DNA from: a virus
DNA: 64,000 nucleotides
Virus record (IMG/VR): IMGVR_UViG_3300006919_000045
Location: 8,515 to 72,514 of that record
Strand: one strand, 5' to 3'
The notes under the pieces were generated by a model. That model had not been told where the DNA came from, ran no database searches, and worked only from the letters and a program-made list of their open reading frames with translations. Positions 54,860-64,000 of this stretch are shown in pieces. The stretch's first letter is position 1; each line of letters opens with the position of its first letter. Position numbers and translations under genes: made by a program.

Positions 54860-55126
54860 GTGAAAAAGGAAGAACTAGCACAGCTTGTCAACGAGTATGG
54901 CGATGCTGTAATTAGTTATCGTAGTGAAAACAGTGGTAAGTTGAAGTACAATGTTTGTACTCTTGACTTCACTACTCCTTACATTCAGAACAAGAAAAAT
55001 CGGGCAAAAGAGTCTGACAGTACTCTTTTGCTTTTTTGTTGGGATACTGATTCTTACAGATTATTAAAACCTGCTAATGTAACGAGCGTAGTTCCATTGG
55101 CCTCCGTACTAAAAAACGGAGACTGA
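54860..55126 (+). CDS. Conserved T5-like protein (WYL/Sm-like fold possible)
   Basis: CTLDF...YI...LLFCWDTDSYR; synteny after D3. Confidence 0.65.
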   Translation: MKKEELAQLVNEYGDAVISYRSENSGKLKYNVCTLDFTTPYIQNKKNRAKESDSTLLLFCWDTDSYRLLKPANVTSVVPLASVLKNGD

Positions 55127-55127
55127 T

Positions 55128-55430
55128 ATGGAACTACATAATGCTCCAGAGGTTTTTGAAAGAGTCGTACACTACGATGAAGATAAACAAATACAAATAC
55201 GACTAACAGTAAATTGTTTTCGTGGTATCGAATACTTGCATCTACGCAAGTACTATATGGACTTTGAAGAAGAATGGAAACCTAGTAATGAAGGTATTGC
55301 CATGCCCCTCGACCTTACTAATAGTAGAGAACTATTTTGCGGGTTGGTAGAAATTTTAAGTCTTGCAGAAAGCAAAGAGATCATAGAAGAGCATTTTTCC
55401 GATCTTATCCAGGACATTTATACAAAATAG
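55128..55430 (+). CDS. PC4-like ssDNA-binding protein
   Basis: LTVNCFRGIEYLHLRKYY...WKPS.EGI. Confidence 0.8.
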   Translation: MELHNAPEVFERVVHYDEDKQIQIRLTVNCFRGIEYLHLRKYYMDFEEEWKPSNEGIAMPLDLTNSRELFCGLVEILSLAESKEIIEEHFSDLIQDIYTK

Positions 55431-55433
55431 TTC

Positions 55434-55462
55434 TTGACTTTTCTTTCTTCTTTCTGTATAAT
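55434..55462 (+). promoter_or_regulatory. sigma70 early promoter
   Basis: TTGACT-17-TATAAT. Confidence 0.8.
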
Positions 55463-55485
55463 ATATGGTCTGAGTGGGAGAAAGT

Positions 55486-56430
55486 ATGAAAGATTTTTTT
55501 GAAAAATGTGAAGCAGCATACTTTTCAGGTTTTCCGATTATTTCGGATGCTGAGTATGATGCACTTGTAGCAAAGTGGAATCATCAATCTGTGGGCCATA
55601 CGGTTACAGACGGTGTTCCACATCTATACAAGATGTATTCACTACAAAAATATTTTGATCTTGCTGAAGCTCCTAATACTTCGGAGTATGTTTGTACTCC
55701 AAAGCTAGATGGGGCTGCTGTGTCTTTACTATATGTAAACGGACACTTTGCACTCGGATTGACACGAGGCGATGGTAACTTAGGCCGAGACGTTACCATG
55801 AAGCTAGAAGAGCTAGTATCTGCCACTATTCCTATGAAGGGTAATGTGCAGATTACTGGAGAGGTAGTTTTGCCCTCGTTTGTCCCCAATGCTCGCAATG
55901 CTGCAGCGGGGTTGTTAAATGTCAAAGACATTAAAGAGTTTCGAGAGCGATCTCAAGACTTGGTTTTTGTCGCTTACGACCTCCAGTTTGAAAAAGACTA
56001 TTCAGACTATAAGTCAGCAATGTATGCATTGGCCCATGAAGGTTTCAATGTCGTAACAGACTTCGACGCTACTGATTATCCTACGGATGGTTTAGTATAC
56101 CGCCTGCGCGATCAGAGAGCCTTTCAAAAAATGGGACATACAGCCCACCACCCTCGGGGCGCTTTTGCTCTCAAAGAGCAGAAAGAGGGGAAGATTACAG
56201 AATTACTCGATGTTGTGTGGCAAGTAGGTAAATCAGGCGTAGTCAGCCCTGTTGCTCTACTTGATCCAGTCGAAGTAGAAGGTGCTCTCGTGGGCAGGGC
56301 AACTCTACACAATATCGAGTACATTCGCTCTTTGGACCTGGAAATCGGTTGCAAAGTAGAGGTAATACGTAGTGGGGACATCATTCCGCGAATCGTTCGC
56401 AGAGCAGACCTGCCAAAAAATAGTTCTTGA
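55486..56430 (+). CDS. ligA: NAD-dependent DNA ligase subunit A (adenylation + OB)
   Basis: ISDAEYD, KLDG, TRGDG, DGLV, RATLHN, RSGDIIP. Confidence 0.92.
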   Translation: MKDFFEKCEAAYFSGFPIISDAEYDALVAKWNHQSVGHTVTDGVPHLYKMYSLQKYFDLAEAPNTSEYVCTPKLDGAAVSLLYVNGHFALGLTRGDGNLGRDVTMKLEELVSATIPMKGNVQITGEVVLPSFVPNARNAAAGLLNVKDIKEFRERSQDLVFVAYDLQFEKDYSDYKSAMYALAHEGFNVVTDFDATDYPTDGLVYRLRDQRAFQKMGHTAHHPRGAFALKEQKEGKITELLDVVWQVGKSGVVSPVALLDPVEVEGALVGRATLHNIEYIRSLDLEIGCKVEVIRSGDIIPRIVRRADLPKNSS

Positions 56431-56455
56431 CTTTTACCTCAGTTTTTCGTATAAT
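56427..56455 (+). promoter_or_regulatory. sigma70 early promoter
   Basis: TTGACT-17-TATAAT. Confidence 0.8.
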
Positions 56456-56482
56456 ATATTCTACATTTTCGGAGTTATCTAA

Positions 56483-57271
56483 ATGCTAAGATCAATCCTA
56501 CCGCCAACGGAATGTCCGTCTTGTGGTGGCGAGCTTACTTCGGTCAATGATTTGTTCTACTGTTACAGTAGTAACTGTTCAGCACAGAAGCAAAAGAAGA
56601 TCGAGCATTTTGCAAAGACTCTGAAGATTAAGGGCTTAGGCCCCGCAACAATAGAGAAGCTAGAAATAGATGACTTCGATCAAGTTTATCTATATGATGA
56701 GATTCTACTCTGTGATAAGCTGGGCGAGAAGCTCGGCAAAAAATTACACGCAGAAATTCAAAACTCTATTTCTGCTCCTCTTGATTTGGTATTACCTGCT
56801 TTTGGTATTCCACTGATCGGAAAAACGGCAACGAAGAAGCTGTCTGAGACTGTTACATCAATTACTGAAATTACTACAGACACTTGTGAGCGTGCCGGAT
56901 TAGGCCCAAAAGCAACCGAGAATCTATGTAACTGGTTAAATGAAGAGTTCTATTGTTTTTATGATGGTGCTCTACCGTTTGACTTGAAGTTTACACCCCC
57001 TGGCGTATTGCCGATACCTATGGATAGAGGAGTTGTCTGCATAACCGGAAAGCTTAAGAGTTTTAAGACTAAGGCTCAAGCAGGCACAGCACTCGTTAGT
57101 CGTGGCTATATAGTAAAGTCAAGTCTAACAAAAGATGTAACGATTCTCGTAAATGAAAGCGGTATTGAATCGGCAAAAACTAAACAGGCCAGAGAATCTG
57201 GCATTGAAATAATTACGGATTTACAATCCTATTTGGAGAAAAAATATGGCACTTCCCAAGTGGACGGATGA
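56483..57271 (+). CDS. ligB: NAD-dependent DNA ligase subunit B (Zn finger, HhH, BRCT)
   Basis: CPSCG, IKGLG, GIPLIG, VCITG BRCT; split ligase as in T5. Confidence 0.9.
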   Translation: MLRSILPPTECPSCGGELTSVNDLFYCYSSNCSAQKQKKIEHFAKTLKIKGLGPATIEKLEIDDFDQVYLYDEILLCDKLGEKLGKKLHAEIQNSISAPLDLVLPAFGIPLIGKTATKKLSETVTSITEITTDTCERAGLGPKATENLCNWLNEEFYCFYDGALPFDLKFTPPGVLPIPMDRGVVCITGKLKSFKTKAQAGTALVSRGYIVKSSLTKDVTILVNESGIESAKTKQARESGIEIITDLQSYLEKKYGTSQVDG

Positions 57272-57968
57272 GCGTACTGAAGCGCTCACTACCTTTGTCG
57301 GTGGCGAAAGCCCCGTATCCCAAGCTACTGTTGCAGAAGCAGCAGATCAGCTTGAAACCTCTACTCGTTCTATCTCTAGCAAGCTGCGAAAGATGGGCTT
57401 CGACGTAGAGCTGGCTTCTGCAGCTTCTGGTAAGTCTTTTACCGAAGGTCAAGAAGCTACCCTCCGCGCTTTCGTTACTGACAACTCTGGTCAGTACACT
57501 TATGCTCAAATCGCTGAGCATTTCGAAGGCGGCTCTTTCTCACCTAAGTCTATTCAGGGCAAAATCCTGAGTATGGAGTTGACTGATCACGTTGCTCCTG
57601 CCCCCAAGGTAGAAAGTGTACGTACCTACACACAAGCTGAAGAAGCTACCTTTGTTTCTATGGTAAACGATGGTGCTTTCGTTGAAGCTATTGCAGAGGC
57701 TTTGGGCCGATCTGTCAACAGCATTCGCGGCAAGGCTCTCAGCCTGCTTCGCTCTGGTGATATTGATGCAATTCCTCGCCAAGAAAATACAAAGGGTTCT
57801 TCAAATGTAGACCCATTGGATGGTGTTGACGTTGCTTCAATGACTGTTGAGGCTATTGCCGAGTCTATCGGTAAGACTGCTCGTGGCGTTAAGACTATGC
57901 TTACTCGTCGCGGTTTAACAGCAGCCGACTATGATGGCGCGGCTAAAGCAGCCAAAGCGGCTCAGTAA
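57246..57968 (+). CDS. T5 D5-like DNA-binding protein
   Basis: Repeated HTH units (TRSISSKLRKMG, SIQGKILS, SIRGKALS, GVKTMLTRRG). Confidence 0.85.
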   Translation: MALPKWTDERTEALTTFVGGESPVSQATVAEAADQLETSTRSISSKLRKMGFDVELASAASGKSFTEGQEATLRAFVTDNSGQYTYAQIAEHFEGGSFSPKSIQGKILSMELTDHVAPAPKVESVRTYTQAEEATFVSMVNDGAFVEAIAEALGRSVNSIRGKALSLLRSGDIDAIPRQENTKGSSNVDPLDGVDVASMTVEAIAESIGKTARGVKTMLTRRGLTAADYDGAAKAAKAAQ

Positions 57969-57986
57969 AACTTTTTGATGTAGGCG

Positions 57987-58017
57987 GCTGGCTCTCCAAA
58001 TGAGGGCCAGCTTTTTT
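57987..58017 (+). terminator. Intrinsic terminator
   Basis: GCTGGCTCTC-CAAAT-GAGGGCCAGC then TTTTTT. Confidence 0.85.
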
Positions 58018-58033
58018 CTGTTCGGGGGGACAA

Positions 58034-59383
58034 TTGAATATTGCCAGTGCTTTAATAAAGCAGTGTATTTCGTTGCGCGATTTTGAAACGTGGAGCTATC
58101 TGCGGAAAGATTATTTGCCTACGGAATATCATCTAGTTTTTGATTCTATAGACAAGCACTGCGAAAAATTTCATGAGTTCCCTTCGTTCGATGATTTAAA
58201 ACTAAGTACACGCCACGCTACTACTAGAGATAAAGTATTTGCTATTGAAGCAGTCAATATTGATATTGATGCGGGCACTCTTCTAGAGTATCTTAAAAAT
58301 GAGTATACTCAGAAAGAAATTTTAAACTCTCTTGATAATTATTTAGATACTTCTGTGCTCTTTGCTAGTGCAGAAGAGTCTGTGCAGGAATTGCATCAAA
58401 TAGTCCTTGATATAGAAGATAAAGTTGACTTAGAGTTGCCCCAGGAAAGTATGCAGCGAATTGAGTTGTTTGAGCCTGAAGAAGAGATTGATAAATATAT
58501 TGGTCTTGGGTTGAATACCGAGTATGACTTTGATATTAAGTTCTCTCCTCGAGACTTGGTATTGGTAGGTGGGCGTAGAGGCGCAGGTAAGTCTCTAACG
58601 TGTGCAAATATTGCTAACAATGTTTTTCAATCTGGCCGTTCAGCTATCTATTTCACTATAGAAATGGATAGTCGTTCAATACTGCAAAGGTGTTGTTCGA
58701 TTGCTACTGGAGTACCTTTTGCTAGACTCAGAACACAAAACCTAAGTGTAACTGAATGGGAAAAAGTTGCTGGGTGGTGGGCAAGCCGCTTCCAGCAGGG
58801 CCAAGATCGCTTGAAGGAATATAGAGAAAAGCGCGATTTCCAAAGTTTTCATCATAAACTTACTACCGAGCATGAGCTTCTCCCGACTCAACAGCTTGAT
58901 GTAGTTTATGATCCAAGTCTTACGCTTGCTAAGATCCGAGCAGAGTTAGATAAGAAAGTGAATAGAATCGAAGCCGGGGTCATAATTGTAGACTATATTA
59001 ATCAAGTTAAAAGATCTTCCGTTCCCTCAAGAGGTGGACAGTACGACTGGACGGAACAGATTGAAGTTAGTAAAGCCCTAAAATCTATGGCACAAGAGTA
59101 TGATTGTACAGTATTCTCTCCGTATCAAACAGACGCTACGGGAGAAGCTAGATTTGCAAAAGGTATTCTTGACGCAGCTGACGCAGCTTACGCGCTAGAA
59201 ACTTGGGATCAAGAAGATGCGTGTATTACATTTAATTGTGTAAAAATGCGTGCTGCAAGTATGAAGTCATTTACTTCTACTATGGATTGGGAGTCTTTAA
59301 AAATAGGCCCAGAGACTGCACTCACTCCGAAAGAGAGAGAAGATTCGGCTCATAAGAGTGACGAAGAAATAAACGACCTATAA
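58034..59383 (+). CDS. Replicative DnaB-like helicase (T5 D6-like)
   Basis: GGRRGAGKS, FTIEM, IIVDYINQ, RFAKGILD. Confidence 0.9.
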   Translation: MNIASALIKQCISLRDFETWSYLRKDYLPTEYHLVFDSIDKHCEKFHEFPSFDDLKLSTRHATTRDKVFAIEAVNIDIDAGTLLEYLKNEYTQKEILNSLDNYLDTSVLFASAEESVQELHQIVLDIEDKVDLELPQESMQRIELFEPEEEIDKYIGLGLNTEYDFDIKFSPRDLVLVGGRRGAGKSLTCANIANNVFQSGRSAIYFTIEMDSRSILQRCCSIATGVPFARLRTQNLSVTEWEKVAGWWASRFQQGQDRLKEYREKRDFQSFHHKLTTEHELLPTQQLDVVYDPSLTLAKIRAELDKKVNRIEAGVIIVDYINQVKRSSVPSRGGQYDWTEQIEVSKALKSMAQEYDCTVFSPYQTDATGEARFAKGILDAADAAYALETWDQEDACITFNCVKMRAASMKSFTSTMDWESLKIGPETALTPKEREDSAHKSDEEINDL

Positions 59384-59395
59384 TAAAAATATTCC

Positions 59396-59424
59396 TTGAC
59401 ACTCCCGTTGATTTCATGTATAAT
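59396..59424 (+). promoter_or_regulatory. sigma70 early promoter
   Basis: TTGACA-17-TATAAT. Confidence 0.85.
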
Positions 59425-59454
59425 ATATCTTGAAATTGATGGGAGTTTTTATTT

Positions 59455-59751
59455 ATGGGGATGATATATGGATCGTTACGCTATGATGTCACGGGAAGAA
59501 AGAAGCGTAATTATGCGCGAAAAACTAAGACTAGCACGAGAGGGAGTATTCATGAGCCTCAACGAGTTAATTACCGCAGGTGTATGCTTGAGTACCCCTC
59601 AGCTCCCGACACAGTTGGAGTTGCCGCTAGGGTGGAGAGCCCACGTTATACTGGAACCCTCGTTAAGGGTATCGGAACCATGCATAAATCCAATGCGATA
59701 CCAATTATCAACGAAGAAGAAATGAAAGATATTGCCAGAATGAGAAGATAG
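59455..59751 (+). CDS. Conserved phage hypothetical protein
   Basis: YTGTLVKGIGTMHKSNAIP...DIARMRR motif. Confidence 0.7.
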   Translation: MGMIYGSLRYDVTGRKKRNYARKTKTSTRGSIHEPQRVNYRRCMLEYPSAPDTVGVAARVESPRYTGTLVKGIGTMHKSNAIPIINEEEMKDIARMRR

Positions 59752-60032
59752 TGCTTGAGTATGTACTATGGCACTTATTTGGATGGGAGAAGCCGGATAT
59801 GCACGATGCACTTATAGAACATTGGAACAGTAGAGATACCTGCCCTAACTGTGGAGAAACTTTAGAAGGGGACGGATATAGTAATGGTAATCCTGTACGA
59901 TGCCCCAATGCTTTAGAAGAGGACTGGTGGTATAGCGAACCAGATAGCGGGCCTTGGCTTTGTAGTATTGATGAAGATTATGACGAGCCTACTGAAATAG
60001 ATGAGTGGGCATCTTTTGATCCGGACTGTTAA
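59751..60032 (+). CDS. Acidic Zn-ribbon hypothetical protein
   Basis: CPNCG...CP; EW.SFDPDC end. Confidence 0.55.
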   Translation: MLEYVLWHLFGWEKPDMHDALIEHWNSRDTCPNCGETLEGDGYSNGNPVRCPNALEEDWWYSEPDSGPWLCSIDEDYDEPTEIDEWASFDPDC

Positions 60033-60865
60033 TGAACGTAGAAGATTTACTTAGCACTAAAGATATTCCTTTCATACCAAAGGGGAAAGACTTTGTTGTT
60101 CGTTGTTTGAACCCTGAACACGATGATCGCAATCCTAGTATGAGAGTGGATCAAATCACAGGTATTTTTAACTGTTTTTCCTGCGGCTATAAGGGTAACT
60201 TGTTTACTCATTTTGGCCAAAAAGCTAATAAGATGGAACTTAGAAAGCAACTTATGAGAAAAAAGATAGATGAAATAAGATTTCAAAGCTCAGGACTACA
60301 GATGCCAGAGGGCTACATGCCGTATGTAGGAAACTGGAGAAACGTAAAGCCAGAAACATATAAAGATTTTGAGGCTTTTATTCATGCAGGAAAAGACTTT
60401 AATGGTAGAATCTGTTTTCCAATAAGGGATAGATCTGCACGAATAGTAGCTTTTCAATCAAGAACAACAGGAGATCAACAGCCTAAGTATTTAAATACCC
60501 CTCCCGGGGCTAAGCTTCCTTTGTTCCCAATTGTTGAACCCCTTCAAGGAAGGATCATTTTAGTTGAAGGAATATTCGATGTTATTAATTTACATGACAA
60601 GGGATTGACAAATGCTGTCTGTTGTTTTGGAGTGAATAATGTCACTGAAGAAAAACTCCAAGTACTCACTGTAGCTGGAATAGAAGGAATAGATGTATTT
60701 TTAGATAATGATGATGCGGGGCAAGCAGCCTCTAAAAAAATTCGTGAGATGTGTGAAAATTTAGATATTGACACTCGAAATATTTCTTTTGGGGATAAGA
60801 ATCTAGATCCTGGCGCTCTTGCTCAAACTCAAGTAGATAAATTAAAGAGTAAATTATATGCCTAA
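60032..60865 (+). CDS. DNA primase (CHC2 Zn finger + TOPRIM)
   Basis: CLNPEHDD.NPS...CFSCG, KYLN, VEGIFD, LDNDDAG. Confidence 0.92.
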   Translation: MNVEDLLSTKDIPFIPKGKDFVVRCLNPEHDDRNPSMRVDQITGIFNCFSCGYKGNLFTHFGQKANKMELRKQLMRKKIDEIRFQSSGLQMPEGYMPYVGNWRNVKPETYKDFEAFIHAGKDFNGRICFPIRDRSARIVAFQSRTTGDQQPKYLNTPPGAKLPLFPIVEPLQGRIILVEGIFDVINLHDKGLTNAVCCFGVNNVTEEKLQVLTVAGIEGIDVFLDNDDAGQAASKKIREMCENLDIDTRNISFGDKNLDPGALAQTQVDKLKSKLYA

Positions 60866-63128
60866 AGTTGCATTAATAGAAACTAAACCAAGTAGAACAA
60901 ATTTTAAAAAAGAATTCGAATTTGACTTTGATCAGTACCAGCTTTGTTCTGATCCTACAGTCAAGAAAGTTTTAAAAAGAGATTGTGACATTGATATTAA
61001 TACTGATGATTATGATTGGTTAGTACTTGTAGGCTCTGATGCTTTAAAGTACTTTACCAAAATAAACTCAGTTACAGAATATTCAGGCAAAAAAGTTGAC
61101 GATAAGTTTTTGCCTGTTATAAATCCAGCAATGCTCGCATTTAAACCAGAAGCAAAGCGTACTTGGCAAGAAAGCGTAAAAAATATTCATTCTTATATCT
61201 CTGGAGATATTGAGGATGTAGTTATTGATAATAGTATAGCTTTCGGTATCCAAGACACAGAGGAAGCAAATGAATTTATTCGTTGTGCCATCAAAGATCC
61301 ATGCCGATACATTGCTCTCGACTCTGAGACTACTGGTCTCTACCCTAGAGACGGTTATATGTTGGGCATTAGCCTTAGTTATAATGGCAAGTGTGGGGCT
61401 TATATTGATACCAACTGCTTTGATGATAGCACTGAATCACTTTTGCAAACCCTATTTAACCAGAAAACAGTAGTATTTCATAATGCCAAGTTTGATATGG
61501 CATTCTTTGAGTACCACTTTCATTTTAAGTTTCCTCAGTTCGGTGACACTATGTTGTTACATTATTTAATTGATGAAAATCCTGGGGGACATGGACTAAA
61601 GCAACTTTCTCTTAAGTACACTCCTTATGGAGATTACGAAAAGCCTATGTATGAGTGGATAGATAGGTATAGAAAAGAGCACGGTATACTAAAAGACCAG
61701 TTTAGTTGGGATTTTATTCCGTTTGATGTTATGAAAACATATGCTGCAATGGATGCAGTATGTACTTTTTTGATTTATGAAAAGTTTTATCCTGCTATTC
61801 ACAAGAATAAAAAACTACTATCAGTATATGAAAATATCCTTTTGCCAGGAACTAGATTTCTAGTTGATACTCAAGATAATGGTGTGCCTTTTAATCGCAC
61901 AAGACTTCTGTTTGGACAAGAACAAATGCAGAATGACATTGATGAAGCTATCTCTGCTTTGTATACTAATGACAGGATAAGAAAATTTGAGGAGTTAAAT
62001 GGAAAACCTTTTAATCCAAATAGCACTGTTCAGTTGCGTAGCCTTTTATTTGATTTCTTGGGCCTCAGCCCGACTGGAAAGAAAACTGGCACGGGCGCAG
62101 ACTCTACTGACGCAGAAGTGCTTAAAGAACTCAGCCTTCAATCGGACGTACCAAAACGGATCTTGGATATACGACAAAAATCAAAAATCAAAAATACTTA
62201 TCTTGACAAAATTATACCTCAGTTGGATCGAGATTCTCGACTTCGTACGGGTTTTAATCTTCACGGCACTACTTCTGGGCGGCTTAGTTCAAGCGGTAAG
62301 CTTAATATGCAACAGCTTCCTAGGGATAACCCTACTGTAAAAGGGTGTATCAAAGCCGCAGAGGGGCATAAGATAGTGGCTATGGATTTAACAACTGCCG
62401 AAGTTTATGTAGCAGCAATTTTAGCAGAAGATGCAGCACTTATGGATGTATTTCGTAGTGGCGGAAACTTTCATAGTACTATTGCACACAAAGTATTTAA
62501 GTTGCCTTGCAAAGTAGAAGAGGTAGCAGAATTATATGCAGATCGGAGACAGGCTGCGAAGGCAGTAACTTTTGGTATTATGTATGGTGCCGGGCCTGCA
62601 AAGATTAGTGAACAAGTAACAAAAGACAGTGGAAAATATTTTTCTAGACAAGAAGCATCTGAAGTAATTAAAGATTACTTTGGAGCATTTCACAAGTTAA
62701 AGAGTTGGATTGATTCCAACCAGAAGTTTATTGAAACTAATGGATTTATCTATAGTTTCTTTGGTAGGAAGAGGAGATTGCCTAATGTTGAAAGTACCGA
62801 TCCAGGTATCCGAAGTCATAGCATTCGCTCTGGCCTTAATTTTTTGGTTCAGTCTGCTGCTAGTGATATTAACCTATTAGGTGCTATAGACATGGGGGCA
62901 TTTATTAAATCGCAACAAATGAAGTCTCGTATCTTTGCTTTGGTACATGACTCAATACTTGCGGAAGTTCCAGAAGGAGAAATAGATTTTTACTGCAAAC
63001 AGCTTCAACACTTTGTTCAAATGGATAGAGGAATCACAATTCCGGGAGCTCCTGTCGGATGCGACTTTGAAATCGGAGAAGACTATTCAATGGGAAAATT
63101 CCAAAAAATGTATGGTGATTCAGTATAA
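60858..63128 (+). CDS. Family A DNA polymerase with 3'-5' exonuclease
   Basis: DSETTG, HNAKFD, TSGRLSS, DLTTAEV, RQAAKAVTFGIMYG, VHDS. Confidence 0.95.
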   Translation: MPKVALIETKPSRTNFKKEFEFDFDQYQLCSDPTVKKVLKRDCDIDINTDDYDWLVLVGSDALKYFTKINSVTEYSGKKVDDKFLPVINPAMLAFKPEAKRTWQESVKNIHSYISGDIEDVVIDNSIAFGIQDTEEANEFIRCAIKDPCRYIALDSETTGLYPRDGYMLGISLSYNGKCGAYIDTNCFDDSTESLLQTLFNQKTVVFHNAKFDMAFFEYHFHFKFPQFGDTMLLHYLIDENPGGHGLKQLSLKYTPYGDYEKPMYEWIDRYRKEHGILKDQFSWDFIPFDVMKTYAAMDAVCTFLIYEKFYPAIHKNKKLLSVYENILLPGTRFLVDTQDNGVPFNRTRLLFGQEQMQNDIDEAISALYTNDRIRKFEELNGKPFNPNSTVQLRSLLFDFLGLSPTGKKTGTGADSTDAEVLKELSLQSDVPKRILDIRQKSKIKNTYLDKIIPQLDRDSRLRTGFNLHGTTSGRLSSSGKLNMQQLPRDNPTVKGCIKAAEGHKIVAMDLTTAEVYVAAILAEDAALMDVFRSGGNFHSTIAHKVFKLPCKVEEVAELYADRRQAAKAVTFGIMYGAGPAKISEQVTKDSGKYFSRQEASEVIKDYFGAFHKLKSWIDSNQKFIETNGFIYSFFGRKRRLPNVESTDPGIRSHSIRSGLNFLVQSAASDINLLGAIDMGAFIKSQQMKSRIFALVHDSILAEVPEGEIDFYCKQLQHFVQMDRGITIPGAPVGCDFEIGEDYSMGKFQKMYGDSV

Positions 63129-63606
63129 AAATATAAGTAGAGTTAAGTTTCCTGTCTATGCCATGCCTTCGGGCAACTGGTATAGACAGGATGGTCTTTT
63201 ATTTTTAGACGACAAAATCCTAGACGATAAAAACATGGAAGGTGACACCTTGGGGATACGCCGACTACAAACCCCGCATAAAAATTTACAAGAGTTACAT
63301 TATCAGTTAGATAATTTTCGAGGTATTTTAAAATCAAATTCAAAACATTTTGTAGATAGTTATGGCATACCATTTATCTATGAAAAATCACAGTTTTGTA
63401 AATTAAAATACTATCCAATAAAAAGAATAGTTAGTAAAACTAGTAACTCTTTACTGTATTTGGAGGGAATAAAAAATCCATTCGTTATACCTAGACCTCC
63501 TGCCGATGAAATAATCTATGCAGGAATTCTTCACTACGGTAACTTACCGTGGGTTTTATATGATTATTCAGAAACTAAACTAAAAGATACAAGAAGGAAA
63601 GTATGA
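63112..63606 (+). CDS. Conserved T5-like protein downstream of polymerase
   Basis: LDDKN..G.TLG.RRLQ motif; synteny. Confidence 0.7.
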   Translation: MVIQYKNISRVKFPVYAMPSGNWYRQDGLLFLDDKILDDKNMEGDTLGIRRLQTPHKNLQELHYQLDNFRGILKSNSKHFVDSYGIPFIYEKSQFCKLKYYPIKRIVSKTSNSLLYLEGIKNPFVIPRPPADEIIYAGILHYGNLPWVLYDYSETKLKDTRRKV

Positions 63607-63836
63607 AACTTAGTCAAAGACTAGACATAGTAGTATTAGTTTTAATAATACTATATGTTCTTACAGGATGTACGATTACAAGAAATCCTGGGTTAGATTT
63701 AAGTCCGTGTATACAATGGACGGATATTCAAGTAACCGACAAAGAATGTACACGGCCACTTTATGGCGGAGAAAGACTGTGCGTATACGAGCCTTATATA
63801 ACTTCAGTTTGTGTTGCTCATGAAAGCAGTACTTAG
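63603..63836 (+). CDS. Small lipoprotein
   Basis: Lipobox LTGC. Confidence 0.55.
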   Translation: MKLSQRLDIVVLVLIILYVLTGCTITRNPGLDLSPCIQWTDIQVTDKECTRPLYGGERLCVYEPYITSVCVAHESST

Positions 63837-64000
63837 TAATCGTATTTACATGGATGCTAACTTGGAACTTCGTGAGAAGTTATCCAAGGAGTTGACGTAT
63901 AAAATTGCACCTCAGAATCCTAAGGATCCTCCGATCATTATTAAGAATCTGCAGCGGGTGCGCGAAAATCTGGTATCCATACCAATCGGACGAGGAGATC
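63820..64000 (+). CDS. T5 D10-like helicase (N-terminus, partial)
   Basis: MKAVLSNRIYM...LTYKI...IPIGR.D resembles D10 N-terminus; synteny; open to window end. Confidence 0.65.
   Translation, partial: MKAVLSNRIYMDANLELREKLSKELTYKIAPQNPKDPPIIIKNLQRVRENLVSIPIGRGD

Noticed and set aside
55486-57271. Split ligase as a pseudogene or novelty
   Set aside because: Two-subunit NAD ligase is normal in T5-like phages and both halves have promoters
1-64000. Stop-codon reassignment, integrase, reverse transcriptase or prophage boundary
   Set aside because: Genes are intact in the standard code; no such genes seen; host-like genes sit within phage operons

Overview
This window is about 64 kb of a lytic, T5-like tailed phage (Demerecviridae-like gene order), probably infecting a marine gammaproteobacterium. 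It appears circularly permuted so that the physical genome end falls near 38.7 kb. Bases 1-36.4 kb (minus strand) hold the late morphogenesis region: tail fibre and collar genes, a 2862-aa hub/central fibre, Dit, tape measure, tail chaperones, tail tube, head-tail joining genes, an in-frame protease-capsid fusion, portal, HNH, TerL, spanins/holin candidates, a run of very basic small proteins and TerS. Bases 36.4-38.7 kb hold a C5 methyltransferase and a Pho-box-driven outer-membrane protein plus PiT-like phosphate transporter. Bases 38.7-41.4 kb are a GC-richer, first-step-transfer-like segment (A2-like protein, HAD phosphatase, possible nuclease, PPK2). It is followed by a repeat- and promoter-dense non-coding block resembling the T5 injection-stop region, which opens with a near-perfect parS. 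Bases 42-64 kb are early and replication genes with consensus sigma70 promoters, host-derived genes (bS21, Hsp20, AOX, IscU, IscA, TorF-like porin, MazG-like) and the T5 D2-D3-ligA/B-D5-helicase-primase-polymerase-D10 block. The least explained signals are two non-coding, highly structured transcription units (about 680 nt at 44.23-44.92 kb, plus strand; a long rod RNA at 46.0-46.2 kb, minus strand) and the set of host-factor sites (Pho, Fur, parS) around the genome end. All family assignments come from motif recognition and synteny, not database searches.
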